The notes under the pieces were generated by a model. That model was not told the DNA's origin and did no database searches. It saw only the letters and a list, made by a program, of their open reading frames with translations. DNA of 64,000 nt from Camelus dromedarius (Eukaryota). Positions within the stretch are counted from its first letter, which is position 1; each line of letters opens with the position of its first letter. The stretch lies in assembly GCF_036321535.1 (NCBI RefSeq), contig NC_087437.1, positions 118,360,001 through 118,424,000 of the forward strand, read 5' to 3'. Below, piece by piece: positions 61,363 through 64,000 of the stretch. Position numbers and translations under genes: made by a program.

Positions 61363-61697
61363 CAAGGTATTGGCGAACTTCCTGCGAAGGACCACCTAGA
61401 AAATATTTACAGCTTTGCAGACCACATCTGTCACCACTGCTCAAGTCTGCCCCCACGGCACAAGCCACAGACAACAGGTAAACAAGCAGGAGTGGCCACG
61501 CCCAGTGGAACTTCAGTTACGGACACTGAAACTTGAACTTCATGTAATTTTCATGTGTCATGATATATTCTTCCTTGGATGTTTCTTTTTAAACCAATTA
61601 AAAATGTAAAACAACAACAACAAAACTTAGCTCACAGTTTACACCAAAACGGACAGCAGAGCAGACTGGACCTTCAGCTCATAGTTTCTAGACCTTG
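61363..61697 (+). mobile_element. hAT-Charlie MITE MER58B-like
   Basis: ggcgaacttcctgcgaaggacc...aaatatttacagctttgcagaccaca...ggacactgaaacttgaacttcatgtaattttcatgtgtcatga...aaccaattaaaaatgtaaaa. Confidence 0.85.
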
Positions 61698-62554
61698 AAG
61701 TAACAAAGAAGGAGCTCGTGGCCGGCAGGGGGCCGCCGGGCTGAAAATCTTCCAGATGAGGATGAAATAAGAGGAAGTAAACAGGGAAGTGCTCTCCTCC
61801 CCGGAATGTAGGGGCGAACTGACATGCCACTTGGCAAACGATTAACGCTCGCAAACAATGACTTCTACTACACTTGTTTGTGGTCTTATCCAGTGTTAAT
61901 ATCCGGGCCAGGAAAAGGGTATCTAAGTGACCTCATTTGCACGCAGGGAAAATTCACAGTTGTCCAAGGTCAAGGGCCCTGTCTACGACGCAGTCATTCC
62001 CGGCAGACCTCACTTAAGACTACGAAGGAGTAATTTCCTCTCCTCTGGTGATGAATATGTCCTCTAGTTCAAACTGCTTCAAAATTCATTTCCAGCGGCT
62101 AATGAGTATCAGTTAGCAAAGCAGGGAGTGTCCCAAGACAGCATTCTTCTCCTGAAGAAGCAGCGCTCAGGAAATCTGGATACGCTTTCATTAAAACAAC
62201 AGTAGGTGATAGTTCTGTGCTTCCCTAATTCATTTTTTCAACAACTAGTGAGTCTGAAAGGATGGATGTTAGTTCAGAGGAAAACAATGTATAAACAGAT
62301 AGAAGCCCTGCCTCGTGAAACGTACAGTTTAGAGTGTGAAGTGTGTGTTTTCATAACCAAGTCAGGTGCCATAAAGGAAAAGAACAGGTCCCCGGGAGGC
62401 GGCTGAACAGGACTCTTGATTGGGGTTGGGAGACAGGGGTCACCGCTGTGTTCTCTCTGTGGACAGGACAAGCCTGAAGCTGGCAAGGGCTCAGACTTTT
62501 AAAAAAAACACAATAATGGTCTTTGGGGCCACATGCACTGAGAACAAATAAGGT

Positions 62555-62695
62555 AAGTCAGGACCCACAGGGTGGCTCCTGCAGAACCTCCTTGGCCCTG
62601 GGGAGGGGTTTGGATTTTATTCCTTGTGCAAAGGAGTCTCTGAAGGGTTTAAAGCAAGGGACCATCACTCTGTGGAGTGTGCTTTAACAGGAGGC
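62555..62695 (-). mobile_element. LINE L2 fragment
   Basis: gtttggattttattccttgtgcaaaggagtctctgaagggtttaaagcaaggga. Confidence 0.65.
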
Positions 62696-63603
62696 TAAGT
62701 CAAGGGCAAGCATCAGTCATGGAGCTGGGTTTCCAAGGGCAACTAGATTCAATGACATTTCATTGTGTACAACAAGGCTGAGACCAGTAGGTTCCTCGTG
62801 CTGTCCATCCACAGTGGTAAACAAATAAATGCCATCCTGAATCTGTTTGTGCACCAACCAGAGCTGAGTACACGTGCTGAGGACCCGTACCGTGCACAAG
62901 GGACTGTGGCTGACACTATGAGAGGCTCCAGAGGTGGCTGTCATCCCTGTCCAAAGCCATAGAACTTTCTGGAAGCAATGCCATGGAGTGATGATTGAAC
63001 ACATGTGTGGCATGGAAATACAGGATCTAGCGTTTCAGGAGAACCCGGGGGATATTTTACAGAAAGATATTTTCTTTCTCCGGTGAAACGAATTAACATG
63101 ATGCTGCATGGTTTCTTAAAAAACTGTGCATGTTAAAACTTTTCTTCTTCAATTATTTTCTGTACACATCTTTCCTCTGCTTAATTCATTCTCAAAACAG
63201 GACATAAGGCAAAAAGGCACCAGCCAAAGAGCTCGTCCTTTTGAATTCACTGGGGATTTTTATAATTTATGGCTAGAACTCTGAATATCACCCTCACTTT
63301 TCTCAAAAATGAAAGAGTAAAAAGGCCTAATTATGAACAAAACACTGTATGTCTTGTTAAAATGTACGTATCATCTGTTTAAATGTAACTGCAGTTACTT
63401 AATATGGAGTGAATGAAGGGGAAGCACTCAACATAAAAATATTCTGAGATGATGTTCTGCCCGAGTCTCTCCTGAGCTCCCTGAAAGTACAGTGTCTGAT
63501 TCCACATGGGAGCAGAGAGATGCTTGCCAACCGCTCGGCCTCCGTCTGCTCACCCGAGGGGACCGAGAATCAGAACCAACCTTTGGGACCTTGCACTTAG
63601 CTC

Positions 63604-63950
63604 TGTGCTGCTTGGCTAGGGCTGCTACGGCTAAGCTCTACAGACTGGACATCCAAAGAGTGGAAGTCTGCTGTCTCAAGTTCCTGGAGGCCGAAAGCCT
63701 GAGATCCAGGTACCTGCAGGCTGGTTTCCTCTCACACCTGTCTCCTGGCCTTGGAGGTGACTGTCTTCTTCCTCTGTGCATGTCTGTGTCCTAATCTCTT
63801 CTTATGAGGATGTTTTTAATCATATTAGATTATGGTCCACCCTAAATGCTCATTTACTTGATTACTTCTTTTAAGACCCTATCTCCAAAAACCTTAGAGG
63901 TTAGGATCTCAGTGTATGAATTTTGTAGGGGACATGATCCAGCCCAATAA
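63604..63950 (-). mobile_element. MaLR LTR (MLT1B-like)
   Basis: ctagggctgc...ttcctggaggccgaaagcctgagatccagg...atctcttcttatgagga...gattacttcttttaagaccctatctccaaa...gtatgaattttgtaggggaca. Confidence 0.85.
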
Positions 63951-63959
63951 AAATGGAGT

Positions 63960-64000
63960 CATGTTACTATTTACAACAGCCCAGACATGGAAGCAACCTA
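63960..64000 (+). mobile_element. Start of an L1 3' fragment running off the window
   Basis: ctatttacaacagcccagacatggaagcaaccta. Confidence 0.7.

Noticed and set aside
1..64000. Prokaryotic-type systems (CRISPR arrays, operons, defence islands) or an intact ERV/transposase
   Set aside because: The sequence is mammalian. I saw no regularly spaced repeat-spacer array and no long ORF with gag/pol/env/transposase motifs.

Overview
Mammalian genomic DNA, very probably camelid (camel, llama or alpaca). The assignment rests on three copies of a tRNA-derived Vic-1-type SINE and on young L1 3' ends of the style that accompanies it. I find no protein-coding gene I can support: the ORF track consists of chance ORFs and decayed L1/L2 fragments. 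I also find no structural RNA gene and no CRISPR array. The window looks like a long intron or intergenic segment. A large share is interspersed repeats: young and old L1, L2, MIR, MaLR/ERVL LTRs, one MER41-like ERV1 solo LTR, and hAT and Tc1/mariner DNA-transposon relics. The repeat-poor unique blocks between them carry candidate regulatory motifs. I cannot demonstrate a new biological system. The best leads are: (i) a ~750-bp segment of older genomic DNA inserted, between direct repeats, into an L1 ORF1 inside a deeply nested TE stack at 48.4-55.6 kb; (ii) a MER41-like LTR with a STAT GAS motif; (iii) an orphan GC-box/TATA promoter at ~40.8 kb; (iv) a CpG-rich MIR with AP-1/TEAD motifs at ~57 kb; (v) a haematopoietic-type motif cluster at ~61.8 kb; and (vi) scattered + strand splice signals. 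Repeat family names come from my recall of consensus sequences, not from a RepeatMasker/Dfam run, and old-element boundaries are approximate.
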